From assembly GCA_023142915.1 (NCBI GenBank), contig JAGLIO010000028.1, forward strand, positions 1 through 54,873: a DNA stretch of 54,873 nucleotides. Reading direction: 5' to 3'. The position numbers and the translations under genes were made by a program. The notes beneath the pieces were generated by a model. That model was not told the DNA's origin. It did no database searches and was given only the letters and a program-made list of their open reading frames with translations. The stretch comes from Candidatus Parcubacteria bacterium. Lineage in GTDB: Bacteria; Patescibacteriota; Patescibacteriia; Patescibacteriales; UBA12075. Below, piece after piece: positions 17,735-28,441 of the stretch; the first letter of the stretch is position 1, and every line of letters begins with the position of its first letter.

Positions 17735-17763
17735 TTGACGCTTTATTGAATATTTGGTATGAT
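17735..17763 (+). promoter_or_regulatory. sigma70-like promoter with extended -10 (TTGACG-N17-TGgTATGAT) for the second AbiE pair
   Basis: ttgacg at 17735-17740 and tatgat at 17758-17763. The palindrome atgata-N6-tatcat (17759-17776) overlaps the -10. Confidence 0.45.
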
Positions 17764-17805
17764 AATTTCATATCATTTTTTTATTAAAAATAATAAAAAA
17801 AGCAA

Positions 17806-18402
17806 ATGAAATTTTTTGATATAATAGACAATATCAAACAGCCTATTTTTTCTTTGCATGATCTTAGGATGGCTAAGATTAATATATTTCCTTATCAAAT
17901 GACCAAGTGGACAAAAGATGGGCATCTGATTAAGATTAGGAACGGTTTGTATGCAATCGCGGATAAAAAGGATCAGCTGAACATGGAAATGATATCCCAT
18001 CTTTTGTATGAACCAAGCTATATCAGCTTGGAAAGAGCATTGTCAAAGTACGGTTTGATTCCGGAGATGGTTTACAATTCTACCGCAATAACCACCAGGC
18101 AAACCAAAACCTTTCAGAATGAATTCGGATCTTTTATGTATCGGAGTATAAAGAAAGATTTATTTTTTGGTTTTAAGAAAATAAAAGAAATGGGCGGAGT
18201 ATATTTATTGGCAGAGCCGGAAAAAGCGCTTCTGGATTATTTTTATTTGAATTCCGCGCGGATTAATGATTTGCATGATGTATCTGAATTAAGATTAAAT
18301 AAAGCGGTTATTAGGGGTTTGGATAAAAAAAAGTTAAAAAAATATTTAAAAGTATTTAGGAGTAAAAAATTGGAACAGATATGCTTACTTTTGAACAAAT
18401 AA
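17806..18402 (+). CDS. AbiEi-like antitoxin / wHTH regulator
   Basis: FSLHDLRMA...WTKDGHLIKIRNGLYAI and YEPSYISLERAL...LAEPEKALLD. Overlaps the downstream NTase gene by 22 nt. Confidence 0.7.
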   Translation: MKFFDIIDNIKQPIFSLHDLRMAKINIFPYQMTKWTKDGHLIKIRNGLYAIADKKDQLNMEMISHLLYEPSYISLERALSKYGLIPEMVYNSTAITTRQTKTFQNEFGSFMYRSIKKDLFFGFKKIKEMGGVYLLAEPEKALLDYFYLNSARINDLHDVSELRLNKAVIRGLDKKKLKKYLKVFRSKKLEQICLLLNK

Positions 18403-19157
18403 AAAAATATTATTCTGCAGAGCTGTTAATGAAGAGCCCCAAGGCCGTTTTGGTGGAGTATTTGCAATATGAATTATTGGATTCCATATTTCAGCAGACC
18501 GGCAGCGAATATCTCAGCTTTATCGGCGGAACAGCTATCCGCATAGTGTATAACAGTTCTCGGTTTTCAGAAGATATTGATTTTGACAATTTCGGGCTGA
18601 CTTTTGAGGATTTTGAGATTTTACTTAAAAGGGCTGTTGCTAATATGGAAGACAAGGGCTTTGACCTGGAGTTTAGGCTGATAGAAAAAGGCGCTTATCA
18701 TTGTTTTATAAAATTTCCTCAGATTTTATCAGCAAACGGATTGCCGCAGCAGCCAGGCGAAAAGATATTGGTGCGAGTGGATGCTGTGCGCAAGGAAAAA
18801 TTGTTTGAACCAAAACAGCATATACTGGATAGTTTCGCCGTGTACCGAAGAATATTGGTAAACGCGCCGGATATAATTTTATCGCAAAAGATTATTGCCA
18901 TTTTAGAAAGAAAGCGAGCCAAGGGGCGCGATTTTTATGACGTGTCGTTCCTCTTGGGGTTGGGCGATCCAAACTTTGAATATCTTGAGAAAATGAAAGG
19001 AATAAAAAGGAGTAATCTATTATCCGCGCTTTTAAAAAGAATTGACGAGTTGGATATGCCGTTGCTCGTTAAGGATGTCTTGCCTTTTTTGCAAAAACCT
19101 TCCGATCAGGAGCGGATATTGAGTTTTCGGGAGTATGTTAAGCAGAGATTGAAATAA
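18381..19157 (+). CDS. AbiEii/AbiGii-family nucleotidyltransferase toxin
   Basis: LSFIGGTAIRIVYNSSRFSEDIDFD and C-terminal KGRDFYDV. Confidence 0.8.
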   Translation: MLTFEQIKKYYSAELLMKSPKAVLVEYLQYELLDSIFQQTGSEYLSFIGGTAIRIVYNSSRFSEDIDFDNFGLTFEDFEILLKRAVANMEDKGFDLEFRLIEKGAYHCFIKFPQILSANGLPQQPGEKILVRVDAVRKEKLFEPKQHILDSFAVYRRILVNAPDIILSQKIIAILERKRAKGRDFYDVSFLLGLGDPNFEYLEKMKGIKRSNLLSALLKRIDELDMPLLVKDVLPFLQKPSDQERILSFREYVKQRLK

Positions 19158-19159
19158 TA

Positions 19160-20341
19160 ATGTATGGCATTAAGCATATGAGAAAAATAATTAAAAAAAT
19201 AATTATAAATATGCCGATTTTGTCGGGTTTTGTTAAAAAGCGCTATGACGATAAGCAGGAAGAGCGTTTGCAAAAAAGAATTAGAGATTTTTTAAAGAGA
19301 GATGAGTTGCCGTACGCAAAAAAAGCGCCGCAACAATATAGTGTCGGCCATGAACCGACTATTCGCTGTAATTTGCGCTGTAAAATGTGCTATCAGGCGG
19401 ATACCAGGGCAATGCGCCAGAGCGAACTTGATGCTGAGCAGATTTTAAAAATATATGCTAAACTAAAAGATAAGATAAAATCAATTAAATTGGTAGGTGG
19501 CGAGCCAATGGTTAGGAGCGATATTTTTGATTTGATTGATTATTTGGATAAAAATGATATTAAAATTACTTTGCAGTCAAATTGTACTTTGATTAATAAA
19601 GATAATATTAATAAATTCAAGAAATATAAAAATATTACCGATGTTGTTGCATCTTTAGACGGTTCGCGAGAAACTCATGACGCGATCAGAGGAGTAAAAG
19701 GCACTTTTGACCGTTTAAAAAACGCCTTAAATTTATTGCAAAAAAATCGCCCTGATATTCCAATTACTATTTTCGGCATGCTGCTTATTAACGATAATAT
19801 TGATAAAATGTTTGAGTTGGTTGATACTTGCAAAAATTTGGGCATTAATTCCATTAATATTTTATTTGAACAGGTTTATTCCAAAGGAAGCGTTGAAAAT
19901 TCAAAAAAAATATTAAAGCAAGAATTTGGCTGGGAGCCTGATTCGTATCAGATTAATACGCAGACCAGAGAGCCGGATTTTTCTGTTGATTTGGATAGCA
20001 GTAAGTTAAGAAAAAAATTAGAAAAAATAAGAGATTATGGCATTAAGAAAAAATGTTACGTAAATTTTACGCCGTTTAATTATTATAATAATTTGGACGG
20101 ATATTTAAAGAAAAAGCCGATTAAAGTTTTTTGCACAAAGTTATTATCACCGCAATTGCGGATTAACCAAAAAGGCAATGTGATTTGGTGCGATACGATT
20201 GAAAAATCATTTGGAAGTCTGCTTGAAAAAACTCCAGACGAAATTTGGCTTTCAGATGATTATCAAAAATTTAGAAAATTTTTATTCAAACACTCCCTGC
20301 CGGTTTGTACTAGGTGTTGTAAGGGGGTTTATGTGCAGTGA
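19160..20341 (+). CDS. radical SAM protein with C-terminal SPASM/twitch-like Cys-rich domain
   Basis: EPTIRCNLRCKMCYQ, LVGGEPMVRSD, and C-terminal CTKL...WCDT...CTRCC. The ATG lies 2 nt after the abiEii stop. Confidence 0.8.
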   Translation: MYGIKHMRKIIKKIIINMPILSGFVKKRYDDKQEERLQKRIRDFLKRDELPYAKKAPQQYSVGHEPTIRCNLRCKMCYQADTRAMRQSELDAEQILKIYAKLKDKIKSIKLVGGEPMVRSDIFDLIDYLDKNDIKITLQSNCTLINKDNINKFKKYKNITDVVASLDGSRETHDAIRGVKGTFDRLKNALNLLQKNRPDIPITIFGMLLINDNIDKMFELVDTCKNLGINSINILFEQVYSKGSVENSKKILKQEFGWEPDSYQINTQTREPDFSVDLDSSKLRKKLEKIRDYGIKKKCYVNFTPFNYYNNLDGYLKKKPIKVFCTKLLSPQLRINQKGNVIWCDTIEKSFGSLLEKTPDEIWLSDDYQKFRKFLFKHSLPVCTRCCKGVYVQ

Positions 20342-20360
20342 CCGTTTTTAATGAAAAATA

Positions 20361-21809
20361 ATGATTAATACTGATAATAAATTAGATTGCTTATTAATTT
20401 CTCCGCCGATTTTTTATAGCGAGAGCGATAATATATGGACAAAAGTTAATTCAAATTTTCCGCCATTAGGACTAGCGTCTATCGCGGCTTATGTGCGCAG
20501 TAAAAATTTCAGTGTTAGGATGATTGATTGCAATATTGAATCGCCGGCTGTTGAAAATTTTGAAACATTTTTTATTAAAAATTTTGTTAATAAATATAAA
20601 GATATAAGAGTAATCGGTTTGACCGCGATGACGCCTACAATAAAAAAGGCTTACCAAATAGCGCGGATATGTAAAAATTTTTATTCTGGCGCGTTGATTG
20701 TGTTTGGCGGGGTTCATCCGACCTTTGTGACAAAAGAAGTAATAAGCAAGCCGTTTATAGATATAGCTGTAATTGGAGAAGGGGAGCAGACATTTTTGGA
20801 AATTATAAAGCAAAAAGAATTAAAAAGCATAGACGGGATAGCATATAAAAATGGAAAAAATAAAAACGAGATAATTATTAATCAACCAAGAGCAAGAATT
20901 ATAGATTTGGATAAATTGCCAATGCCGGCTTATGATCTATTGCCGATTTTAAAATATAGGCCTGCAAAAGGCTCTTATAAGAGGCTGCCGGCAATGGCTA
21001 TGATGACATCGCGAGGCTGTCCCGGGCGATGCACTTTTTGCGCGAAAACTTTGGGCTTGCAATTATTTTTTAAATCAGCTAAAAAAATTTTTAAAGAAAT
21101 AAAATATTTAGTTAATAATTATGGAATAAAAGAAATACTTTTTTATGACGATACATTTACGGTTCACAAAAAAAATGTTATTGAATTATGTAATTTATTA
21201 TTAGCAAATAATATTGATATAACTTGGACTTGTTTTGCAAGAGTTGATTTTGTGGATGAAGAAATGCTTTATAAAATGAAAAAGGCCGGCTGTCATCAGA
21301 TAATGTACGGTGTTGAGAATATTGATCAAAGCGTACTCAAAAATATTAAAAAACAAATAAATATTAAGCAAGTTTTTAATGCGGTTAAGTTTACAAAAAA
21401 AGCCAAAATTGAATGCCGGCTTGCTTTTATGGTTGGCAATCCCGGAGATAGCGTGGAAATCGTAAAGAAAAATATTAAAGTTATTAAAAAATTAGATCCT
21501 GATTTGTTAATAGTAAATATAACTACTCCTTTTCCCGGTACGGAAATGTTTGAATGGGCTGATAAAAAAGGCTTGATTTTAAGTTATAATTGGGATGATT
21601 ATGATTTGGCAAATCCTGTCATGAGGCTTGAAGACATGAACGTGGAAGAAATTAAGAATTTATATAAAATCATGTATAGCAGTTTTTATTTTCGTCCCAG
21701 ATTTATTTTTAAAAAAATATTCAGCATCAGATCGTGCGAGGATTTTAAGGTTTTGTTCAGCGGTTTTACCGCGCTATTATCATTTTTTGCAATAAAAATT
21801 AAAAAATAA
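20361..21809 (+). CDS. B12-binding-domain (class B) radical SAM protein
   Basis: LLISPP, GLTAMTP, VFGGVHPT, MTSRGCPGRCTFCAK and FYFRPRF. Paralog of 15162-16622. Confidence 0.85.
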   Translation: MINTDNKLDCLLISPPIFYSESDNIWTKVNSNFPPLGLASIAAYVRSKNFSVRMIDCNIESPAVENFETFFIKNFVNKYKDIRVIGLTAMTPTIKKAYQIARICKNFYSGALIVFGGVHPTFVTKEVISKPFIDIAVIGEGEQTFLEIIKQKELKSIDGIAYKNGKNKNEIIINQPRARIIDLDKLPMPAYDLLPILKYRPAKGSYKRLPAMAMMTSRGCPGRCTFCAKTLGLQLFFKSAKKIFKEIKYLVNNYGIKEILFYDDTFTVHKKNVIELCNLLLANNIDITWTCFARVDFVDEEMLYKMKKAGCHQIMYGVENIDQSVLKNIKKQINIKQVFNAVKFTKKAKIECRLAFMVGNPGDSVEIVKKNIKVIKKLDPDLLIVNITTPFPGTEMFEWADKKGLILSYNWDDYDLANPVMRLEDMNVEEIKNLYKIMYSSFYFRPRFIFKKIFSIRSCEDFKVLFSGFTALLSFFAIKIKK

Positions 21810-21814
21810 CAAGC

Positions 21815-22519
21815 ATGAAACTTTCAATAATTATTCCGGTTTATAATGAAAAAAATACAATTTTAGAAATTCTTAAAAGAGTGGAAACTGTTAATTTGCC
21901 TGATGTATGCAAGGAGATAATTATTATTGATGATAAATCCAATGATGGAACTGTTGATATTTTAAAATCAATTGAAAATAAATTTAAAGTAATTTTTAAA
22001 GAAAAAAATCAAGGAAAAGGCTCAGCGGTTATTACCGGCTTTAAAGAAGCAACAGGAGATTTAATTATAATTCAAGATGCTGACTTGGAATATGACCCAA
22101 ATGAGTATAAAGAAGTTTTAGATCCGATAATTAAAGGCAGCGCGGATGTAGTTTACGGTTCAAGGTTTATATCCAATAAGCCGCATCGTGTTTTATATTT
22201 TTGGCATAGTGTCGGCAATAAGTTATTAACTTTATTCTCAAATATGTTGACAAATTTAACTTTAACAGATATGGAAACATGCTACAAAGCTTTTAATCGC
22301 AAAGCATTGGATTCTATTAAAGATAAATTAACATCAACAAAATTCGGTATTGAACCGGAAATCACTGCATTTATCGCCAAGAATAAAAATTTAAGAATAT
22401 ATGAAGTTGGTATTTCTTATTTCGGGCGCACTTATGAAGATGGCAAGAAAATAAATTGGAAGGATGGTTTTACGGCTATATGGAGCATTATCAAATTTAA
22501 TCTTTTTTATCGGCGGTAA
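21815..22519 (+). CDS. glycosyltransferase family 2 (soluble, DPM1-like)
   Basis: LSIIIPVYNEKNTI, IIIIDDKSNDGT and IIIQDADLEYDP. Confidence 0.85.
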   Translation: MKLSIIIPVYNEKNTILEILKRVETVNLPDVCKEIIIIDDKSNDGTVDILKSIENKFKVIFKEKNQGKGSAVITGFKEATGDLIIIQDADLEYDPNEYKEVLDPIIKGSADVVYGSRFISNKPHRVLYFWHSVGNKLLTLFSNMLTNLTLTDMETCYKAFNRKALDSIKDKLTSTKFGIEPEITAFIAKNKNLRIYEVGISYFGRTYEDGKKINWKDGFTAIWSIIKFNLFYRR

Positions 22520-22537
22520 TGTATAAAAAATTAAAGC

Positions 22538-23950
22538 ATGAATAAGCAAAAAATAATAGAATATTTCAATAAAAACGCGAAAGATATTTACAAATGGCGC
22601 GACCGCAACAGTTATTATTATAATGATTTAAAATCATTTTTTTGTTTTAATATTGAAAAAAATTCAAAAGTATTAGAAATAGGCTCCGGCTCAGGTGAAT
22701 TACTGGACGCGGTTAATTCGCGAGTCGGTTTTGGAATGGATTTAAGCAGTGAAGTGATAAAAATATCGCAAGAAAAATACCCGCAATTAAAATTTATATA
22801 TGGCGACATAGACAAAGAATTAAATATTGATGAAAAATTTGATTATATTATACTTTCAGATTTAATCGGCTATCTTGAAGACATTCAGACAAGTTTTGAA
22901 AATTTAAAAAAAGTTTGCCATGATCGCAGCCGTATTATAGTAACGCAATATAATAATATTTGGTGGCCGATTTTAAAATTCGGCGAGCATATCGGACTTA
23001 AGCAAAAACAGCCGATAACAAATTGGATTAGCAGAGGCGACATAATAAATTTATTTGATTTGGCCGGTTTTGAAGTAATTAAAAACGGAAAGCGCTTGCT
23101 ATTTCCAAAATATATTCCATTAATAAGTTTTCTGTTAAATAAAATTGTTGCTAATTTGCCGTTGATAAATCATTTATGTCTGGTAGAGTATTTTACTTTG
23201 CGGCAAAAATCAAAAAAGAGTAATGCTGATTATTTAGTTTCTGTTATTATTCCGGCTAGAAACGAGAAAGGCAACATTGAGGACGCTGTTAAACGGATCC
23301 CCGCTATGGGGAAAAATGTTGAAATAATATTTGTTGAAGGCAATTCAAATGATAATACCTGGGAAGAAATAAAAAGAGTGGCAGATAAATATGGCAGCGT
23401 AAAAGATATTAAATATTTTAAACAGGAGGGCAAAGGCAAATATGACGCTGTTAAAAAGGGATTTGCAAATTCACACGGAGATATATTAATGATTTTGGAC
23501 GCTGATTTGACTGTTCAGCCAGAAGTATTGCCGAAATTTTATGAAGTGATAAGCAGAGGAAAAGCCGAATATGTTCAAGGAACTCGCTTAATATATCCAA
23601 TGGAAGGCCAAGCAATGAGATTTTTAAATTATTTGGCCAATAAATTTTTTGGTTTTGCTTTTTCATGGCTGCTTGGACAATATATAACCGACACTTTATG
23701 CGGAACCAAAGTGCTGTTTAAGCATGATTATGAAAAAATAGCTCAAGCAAGAAAATTTTTCGGCGATTTTGATCCATTTGGAGATTTTGATCTTATTTTT
23801 GGCGCTGATAAGTTAAATTTAAAAATCGTTGAATTACCGATTCATTATAAGGACAGGCAATACGGTTCAACAAATATCAGCCGTTTTAGGCACGGCATTA
23901 TATTATTTCAAATGCTTTATGTAGGAATTAAAAAATTTAAATTATTTTAA
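22538..23950 (+). CDS. bifunctional class I SAM methyltransferase / GT2 glycosyltransferase
   Basis: N-terminal VLEIGSGSGELLD. C-terminal VSVIIPARNEKGNI, IIFVEGNSNDNT and LMILDADLTV. Confidence 0.8.
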   Translation: MNKQKIIEYFNKNAKDIYKWRDRNSYYYNDLKSFFCFNIEKNSKVLEIGSGSGELLDAVNSRVGFGMDLSSEVIKISQEKYPQLKFIYGDIDKELNIDEKFDYIILSDLIGYLEDIQTSFENLKKVCHDRSRIIVTQYNNIWWPILKFGEHIGLKQKQPITNWISRGDIINLFDLAGFEVIKNGKRLLFPKYIPLISFLLNKIVANLPLINHLCLVEYFTLRQKSKKSNADYLVSVIIPARNEKGNIEDAVKRIPAMGKNVEIIFVEGNSNDNTWEEIKRVADKYGSVKDIKYFKQEGKGKYDAVKKGFANSHGDILMILDADLTVQPEVLPKFYEVISRGKAEYVQGTRLIYPMEGQAMRFLNYLANKFFGFAFSWLLGQYITDTLCGTKVLFKHDYEKIAQARKFFGDFDPFGDFDLIFGADKLNLKIVELPIHYKDRQYGSTNISRFRHGIILFQMLYVGIKKFKLF

Positions 23951-23954
23951 TTTT

Positions 23955-24689
23955 ATGAGTGATACAAAAATAGCAACTGAAATAGAGCATGGCAAATTTA
24001 TTGCTCAAAAAGGCGAAGAAATATGGAACTGGTCATCTCCGGCAGGGATTGTCAGATGGCAGAGAAGAATAGAGATGTTTAAAAGTTTTATAGGAAATAA
24101 AAACAGAAAAGTTTTAGAAGTCGGGTGCGGCACAGGGCTTTTTACCAAAGAAATCGCGGAAACTAAAAATAAAATTATTGCGATAGATATTTCGCATGAG
24201 CTTTTAAATATTGCCAGAAAAAAAATTCAAAAAAATAACCTTACATTTTTACTAAGCAATGCTTATAAAACAGAATTTTCTGAAAATACATTTGATTTTA
24301 TAATCGGCAGCTCAGTACTGCACCACTTGAATGTTGACTTAGCATTGAAAGAATTTTACAGAATTCTTAAGCCGGGAGGAAAAATCATGTTTACAGAGCC
24401 GAATATGCTGAACCCTCAAATCGCAATTCAAAAAAATATTCCGTTTATAAAAAAAATGGTTGGAGATTCTCCAGATGAAACGGCTTTTGTAAAATGGAAA
24501 ATAAAAAATAAACTGAAAAAAGAAGGTTTTAATAATATTTCTGTGAATACATTTGATTTTTTGCATCCGTTTATTCCCGGATTTATTATTAAATTTGTCC
24601 AGCCAATTTTTAATTTTTGTGAAAAACTCCCGCTAATAAAAGAGATAGCTGGCTCTCTGGTAATAACTGCCAGTAAAGAGATAAAATAA
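23955..24689 (+). CDS. class I SAM-dependent methyltransferase
   Basis: VLEVGCGTGLFTKE and LKPGGKIMFTEP. Confidence 0.8.
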   Translation: MSDTKIATEIEHGKFIAQKGEEIWNWSSPAGIVRWQRRIEMFKSFIGNKNRKVLEVGCGTGLFTKEIAETKNKIIAIDISHELLNIARKKIQKNNLTFLLSNAYKTEFSENTFDFIIGSSVLHHLNVDLALKEFYRILKPGGKIMFTEPNMLNPQIAIQKNIPFIKKMVGDSPDETAFVKWKIKNKLKKEGFNNISVNTFDFLHPFIPGFIIKFVQPIFNFCEKLPLIKEIAGSLVITASKEIK

Positions 24690-24705
24690 TTTTTAATAAA
24701 ATAAA

Positions 24706-26169
24706 ATGGCAAATGTCTGTTTAATATATCCAAGAGATATAAATTTAAATTTTTTTCCTTTAGGGCTGGGCTATATAGCTTCTTTTTTAAAGCAAAAAGG
24801 GCATAATGTAATCTTTCTTGATTTATCTGAAAAAGATTTTTATTTATTAAAAGATCCAAAGGTTTTTAACGCTGATATTGTCGGTATTAGTATTACAACT
24901 CCGCAATTGGGAATGTCAGAAAAGATAATAAAAATTTTAAAATCCATGAATTCTAAGCTGCCAATTTCGGTCGGCGGAATACATCCTTCTTTTTTTAAAG
25001 ATAAATTTCTTAAAGATTATAAAGATGTTGATTATGTCGTATATGGAGAGGGCGAGGAAACTACGCGAGAGCTTTGCGATTATATAGACGGAAAAATTAA
25101 AGATATAAATATGATTGACGGTTTAATATTCAGGATGAACGAAAAAATAATTATTAATAAGCCAAGAGAGATGATCTCTGATTTAAATTCTTTGCCTTTT
25201 CCGGCAAGAGAGCTGGTTAATTATGAAACTTATTTAAAGCCGCCAGGCTTGATTAGGGGAATATGGACTAAGCGAAGCGCCAATATTAGCACAAGCAGAG
25301 GATGTCCAGGAAGATGCACGTATTGCGGTGTGAATTATATATTTAATAGAAGCTATCGGCGAAGAAGCACGGACAATGTAATTTCAGAGATTGATTTTTT
25401 AGTGCGAGAATATAATATTGACGGTCTTTATTTTATGGATGATACATTTTTAATGAATACTGAATGGATTGAAGAATTTACAAAAAAATTTATTGCGAAA
25501 AAATATAATATAACTTGGTCTTGTTATGGAAGAGTGGATACCGTAAATGAGCGCATTTTAAAAGCAATTAAAAAAGCAGGCTGTGTCCAAGTTGAATATG
25601 GAATTGAATCCGGTTCCAAAGGAGTTCTTAAAAGAATACAAAAAAATACTGACATAGACAAAATAAAGCAGGCAATTAAAATGACAAAGGAGAATAAACT
25701 AAGGGCGCTTGGTTCTTTTATTTTCGGTTTTGTTGAAGATACGGAAGAGGATTTACAGGAATCAATTGATTTAGCCAGAGAATTAAATTTGGATTTTAGC
25801 GCCGCTTTTTTCGCCACTCCTTATCCGGCATCGGAAATTTACAAACAAGCCGTTTTAGAAGATAGAATCATAGAAAAAGATTTGTCAAAATGGTATGTGA
25901 GAAATAATAATATTTGGAGAGTTAATCTCAGTAAAGAAGCCATAACAAAGTATCGCAATAAATTTTTAAAAGAGACCAGGTTTAATAATCTCACCTTCTT
26001 TTTAAAAGACCCAAAGCTGTTTTTTAACCTGATTTTTTTTGTTATAAAAAATTATGACGCGATTTTTAAAGCGATTAAGCAATCTTTTAAAGCGCGCTCT
26101 TTTGATGATATAGGTTATTATTTTTATACTTATTTATCAAAAGATTTAGAAATTAGAAATAAAATATGA
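24706..26169 (+). CDS. B12-binding-domain (class B) radical SAM protein
   Basis: VCLIYP, VGISITTP, SVGGIHPS and STSRGCPGRCTYCGV. Confidence 0.85.
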   Translation: MANVCLIYPRDINLNFFPLGLGYIASFLKQKGHNVIFLDLSEKDFYLLKDPKVFNADIVGISITTPQLGMSEKIIKILKSMNSKLPISVGGIHPSFFKDKFLKDYKDVDYVVYGEGEETTRELCDYIDGKIKDINMIDGLIFRMNEKIIINKPREMISDLNSLPFPARELVNYETYLKPPGLIRGIWTKRSANISTSRGCPGRCTYCGVNYIFNRSYRRRSTDNVISEIDFLVREYNIDGLYFMDDTFLMNTEWIEEFTKKFIAKKYNITWSCYGRVDTVNERILKAIKKAGCVQVEYGIESGSKGVLKRIQKNTDIDKIKQAIKMTKENKLRALGSFIFGFVEDTEEDLQESIDLARELNLDFSAAFFATPYPASEIYKQAVLEDRIIEKDLSKWYVRNNNIWRVNLSKEAITKYRNKFLKETRFNNLTFFLKDPKLFFNLIFFVIKNYDAIFKAIKQSFKARSFDDIGYYFYTYLSKDLEIRNKI

Positions 26170-26828
26170 CTATGAATAAAAAAAATGTAAAATTTATTTT
26201 ACCGCCTAAGAATTCTTTTTCTGTAAATGGTCCAAGCGACCCTTTATTTTTTTATTACAGATTTATTGTAGGTTTTTTGTACAGAAGAAGAATACAAATA
26301 GGGCTTAATTTTTTAAAGCCGTCCTACGAGTCAGTGCTTGAATTCGGACATGGCAGCGGACTGCTTTTGCCGACGCTTGCGTCAATTTCAAAAAAATTAT
26401 TTGCGATTGATATTGATTCTAATCCGATTTTAGTGCGAGAAAGTTTAAAAAAATTAAATATTAATGCTGAAATTTCCAATAAAGACTTATTTGAGAGAAA
26501 ATATGAATCTGAAAGTTTTGATTTGGTTGTTGCTTTTTCAGTATTTGAGCACATAAAAGACCCATGCGATATTTTAAAAGAATTATTTAGAATTTTAAAG
26601 CCAAATGGAAAATTGCTTGTTGGCATGCCAAGGGTAGACAGGACAATGGAAAAAATGTTTGCGCTTATCGGCTTTAAAAATATCAACAGCCTTCACGTAA
26701 CAAGCCATAAAGATTTTTTATCTGTGGCTGATAAGCGTTTTGAGTTAATAAAAACTAAGCACATGCCGTTTTTTCTGCCTTCTTGCGCAGGTTTGTATTA
26801 TAATATGCTTTTTAAAAAAAATAGATAA
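26166..26828 (+). CDS. class I SAM-dependent methyltransferase
   Basis: VLEFGHGSGLLLP and LKPNGKLLVGMP. ATGA start/stop overlap with the upstream radical SAM gene. Confidence 0.75.
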   Translation: MTMNKKNVKFILPPKNSFSVNGPSDPLFFYYRFIVGFLYRRRIQIGLNFLKPSYESVLEFGHGSGLLLPTLASISKKLFAIDIDSNPILVRESLKKLNINAEISNKDLFERKYESESFDLVVAFSVFEHIKDPCDILKELFRILKPNGKLLVGMPRVDRTMEKMFALIGFKNINSLHVTSHKDFLSVADKRFELIKTKHMPFFLPSCAGLYYNMLFKKNR

Positions 26829-26839
26829 TATATATTTTT

Positions 26840-28429
26840 ATGCAATTTGTCGATATAAAAAATTTTTGTTTAAATAATAAAAATTATATCATCCTCGTTT
26901 TAATTATTATCCTTGGTTTTTATTTCAGATTCAAAGGATTAATAAGTCAAGGCGGTTTAATTTTGGGAGATGAGGAAGTTTATATCGGGATAGCTAGAAG
27001 TGTAAGAGGGTCAATTATTTTTTTATATGATTTTATTGTTAACGGTTTTGATTTGTCTGATATCAGAGAAAAGGCAATGGATTTTTTTTCAGGGGGTTTT
27101 AGGATTTCCACAATACAAAGACCCGGATATATATTTTTAATTACTATCCCAATAATATTTTTTGGCGCGTATGATTTTATTCCATTGTTTATTAACGCGG
27201 CATTATCAACAGCCAGTATTTATTTGATTTTTTTGGTCGCTAAGGAAATAACAAAAAGAGAAGATATTGGCTTAATATCGGCGTTATTATTTTCTCTTTC
27301 CGGTTACGCGATATTTTGGTCGCGATCAGGACTAGCCCAAACAACAACCGCTTTCCTTTTTATTTTAGGAATTTTATTTTATTTATTTTCGTTAAGAAAT
27401 GATGAATTTTTAAGAAACAGTTATTTTTTAAAAATTTCCGCTTTGACTTTTGGGTTTTTATTCACAACGCATTACAGTATATTTATTTTTTTGATTTTGA
27501 TTTTTTGTTTTGATTTTTTTTATTTTTTCAAAAAGAAAAAATTTTATAGGCGCGCTAAAAATATGATAATATTTTTTTTATCGCCGGTTTTATTTTTTCA
27601 ATTGATTAGCCTGTTTTATTCATTTGTTTTAAATAATTTGGGATATAAATCCGGTTCTATTTCGTATTTTTCCGAAATAATTCATGTATTAAAAAGTATG
27701 CCGAATTTTATATCGGCATACGCGCATTCCCATTCTTTTTGGAGATACTTTGAATATATCATAGCGCATGACAGCATAATAATAGTAGTTTTAATGATAT
27801 TATTTATCCCAATATTTATTTACAAAAAATGGCACAGAAACATTCGTTATTTATTTTTAGCGTTAATCTTTTTTTTGCCGTTCATATTTTATAGTTCAAT
27901 GAAGCTAAAAACAGAATATAATTTTGTTGTATTCTTGCCGTTGCTGGCTATTATATGCGGAATAAGTTTTTGTTCAATAATGGATTTTATAAAAAATATA
28001 AAAATAAAAAAAACTGTTTTTAGCTTGCTATTAATTGTAATATTATTTTTTGGCATAAAAAGCAGTATTATTTTTAGCGGTTTTACCAATCATTACGCGG
28101 ATGTTGCAAAGTATTTAAAAAAACAGGGAAATATTTCCGCATTGTGCGGAACCAGAAACGGGGTTGAAAATACAAAATTTTATTTAAATGATTTTTCAAT
28201 AAAAAGCGCGGACAATGACTGTGAGGGCGCGCAGTATGCTATTCTTGATTGGCAAATGGCATATTTTCCATATATTCATAATCAATATGATTATATTGTC
28301 AAAGAAAATGAATCTGTATTAGTGTTTGAACAACAATATTCAGATTATATGTGTCCGCGATTAAGATGGGAAGACGACATTAGCCGGTGTAAAGATGACA
28401 GTTTGCTTAGGGTATATAGATTAAAATAA
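26840..28429 (+). CDS. GT-C fold membrane glycosyltransferase (ArnT/PMT_2-like)
   Basis: More than 10 TM segments. First-loop acidic motif LGDEEVY. RPGYIFLI. C-terminal soluble domain. Confidence 0.7.
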   Translation: MQFVDIKNFCLNNKNYIILVLIIILGFYFRFKGLISQGGLILGDEEVYIGIARSVRGSIIFLYDFIVNGFDLSDIREKAMDFFSGGFRISTIQRPGYIFLITIPIIFFGAYDFIPLFINAALSTASIYLIFLVAKEITKREDIGLISALLFSLSGYAIFWSRSGLAQTTTAFLFILGILFYLFSLRNDEFLRNSYFLKISALTFGFLFTTHYSIFIFLILIFCFDFFYFFKKKKFYRRAKNMIIFFLSPVLFFQLISLFYSFVLNNLGYKSGSISYFSEIIHVLKSMPNFISAYAHSHSFWRYFEYIIAHDSIIIVVLMILFIPIFIYKKWHRNIRYLFLALIFFLPFIFYSSMKLKTEYNFVVFLPLLAIICGISFCSIMDFIKNIKIKKTVFSLLLIVILFFGIKSSIIFSGFTNHYADVAKYLKKQGNISALCGTRNGVENTKFYLNDFSIKSADNDCEGAQYAILDWQMAYFPYIHNQYDYIVKENESVLVFEQQYSDYMCPRLRWEDDISRCKDDSLLRVYRLK

Positions 28430-28441
28430 ATTAGAATATTT

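Noticed and set aside
19160-20341. The SPASM radical SAM genes (19160 and 36519) as RiPP maturases with a hidden precursor peptide.
   Set aside because: No small ORF or spacer is available next to either gene (2-nt and 40-nt gaps). Both are embedded among glycosyltransferases. A glycan role is more parsimonious but unproven.
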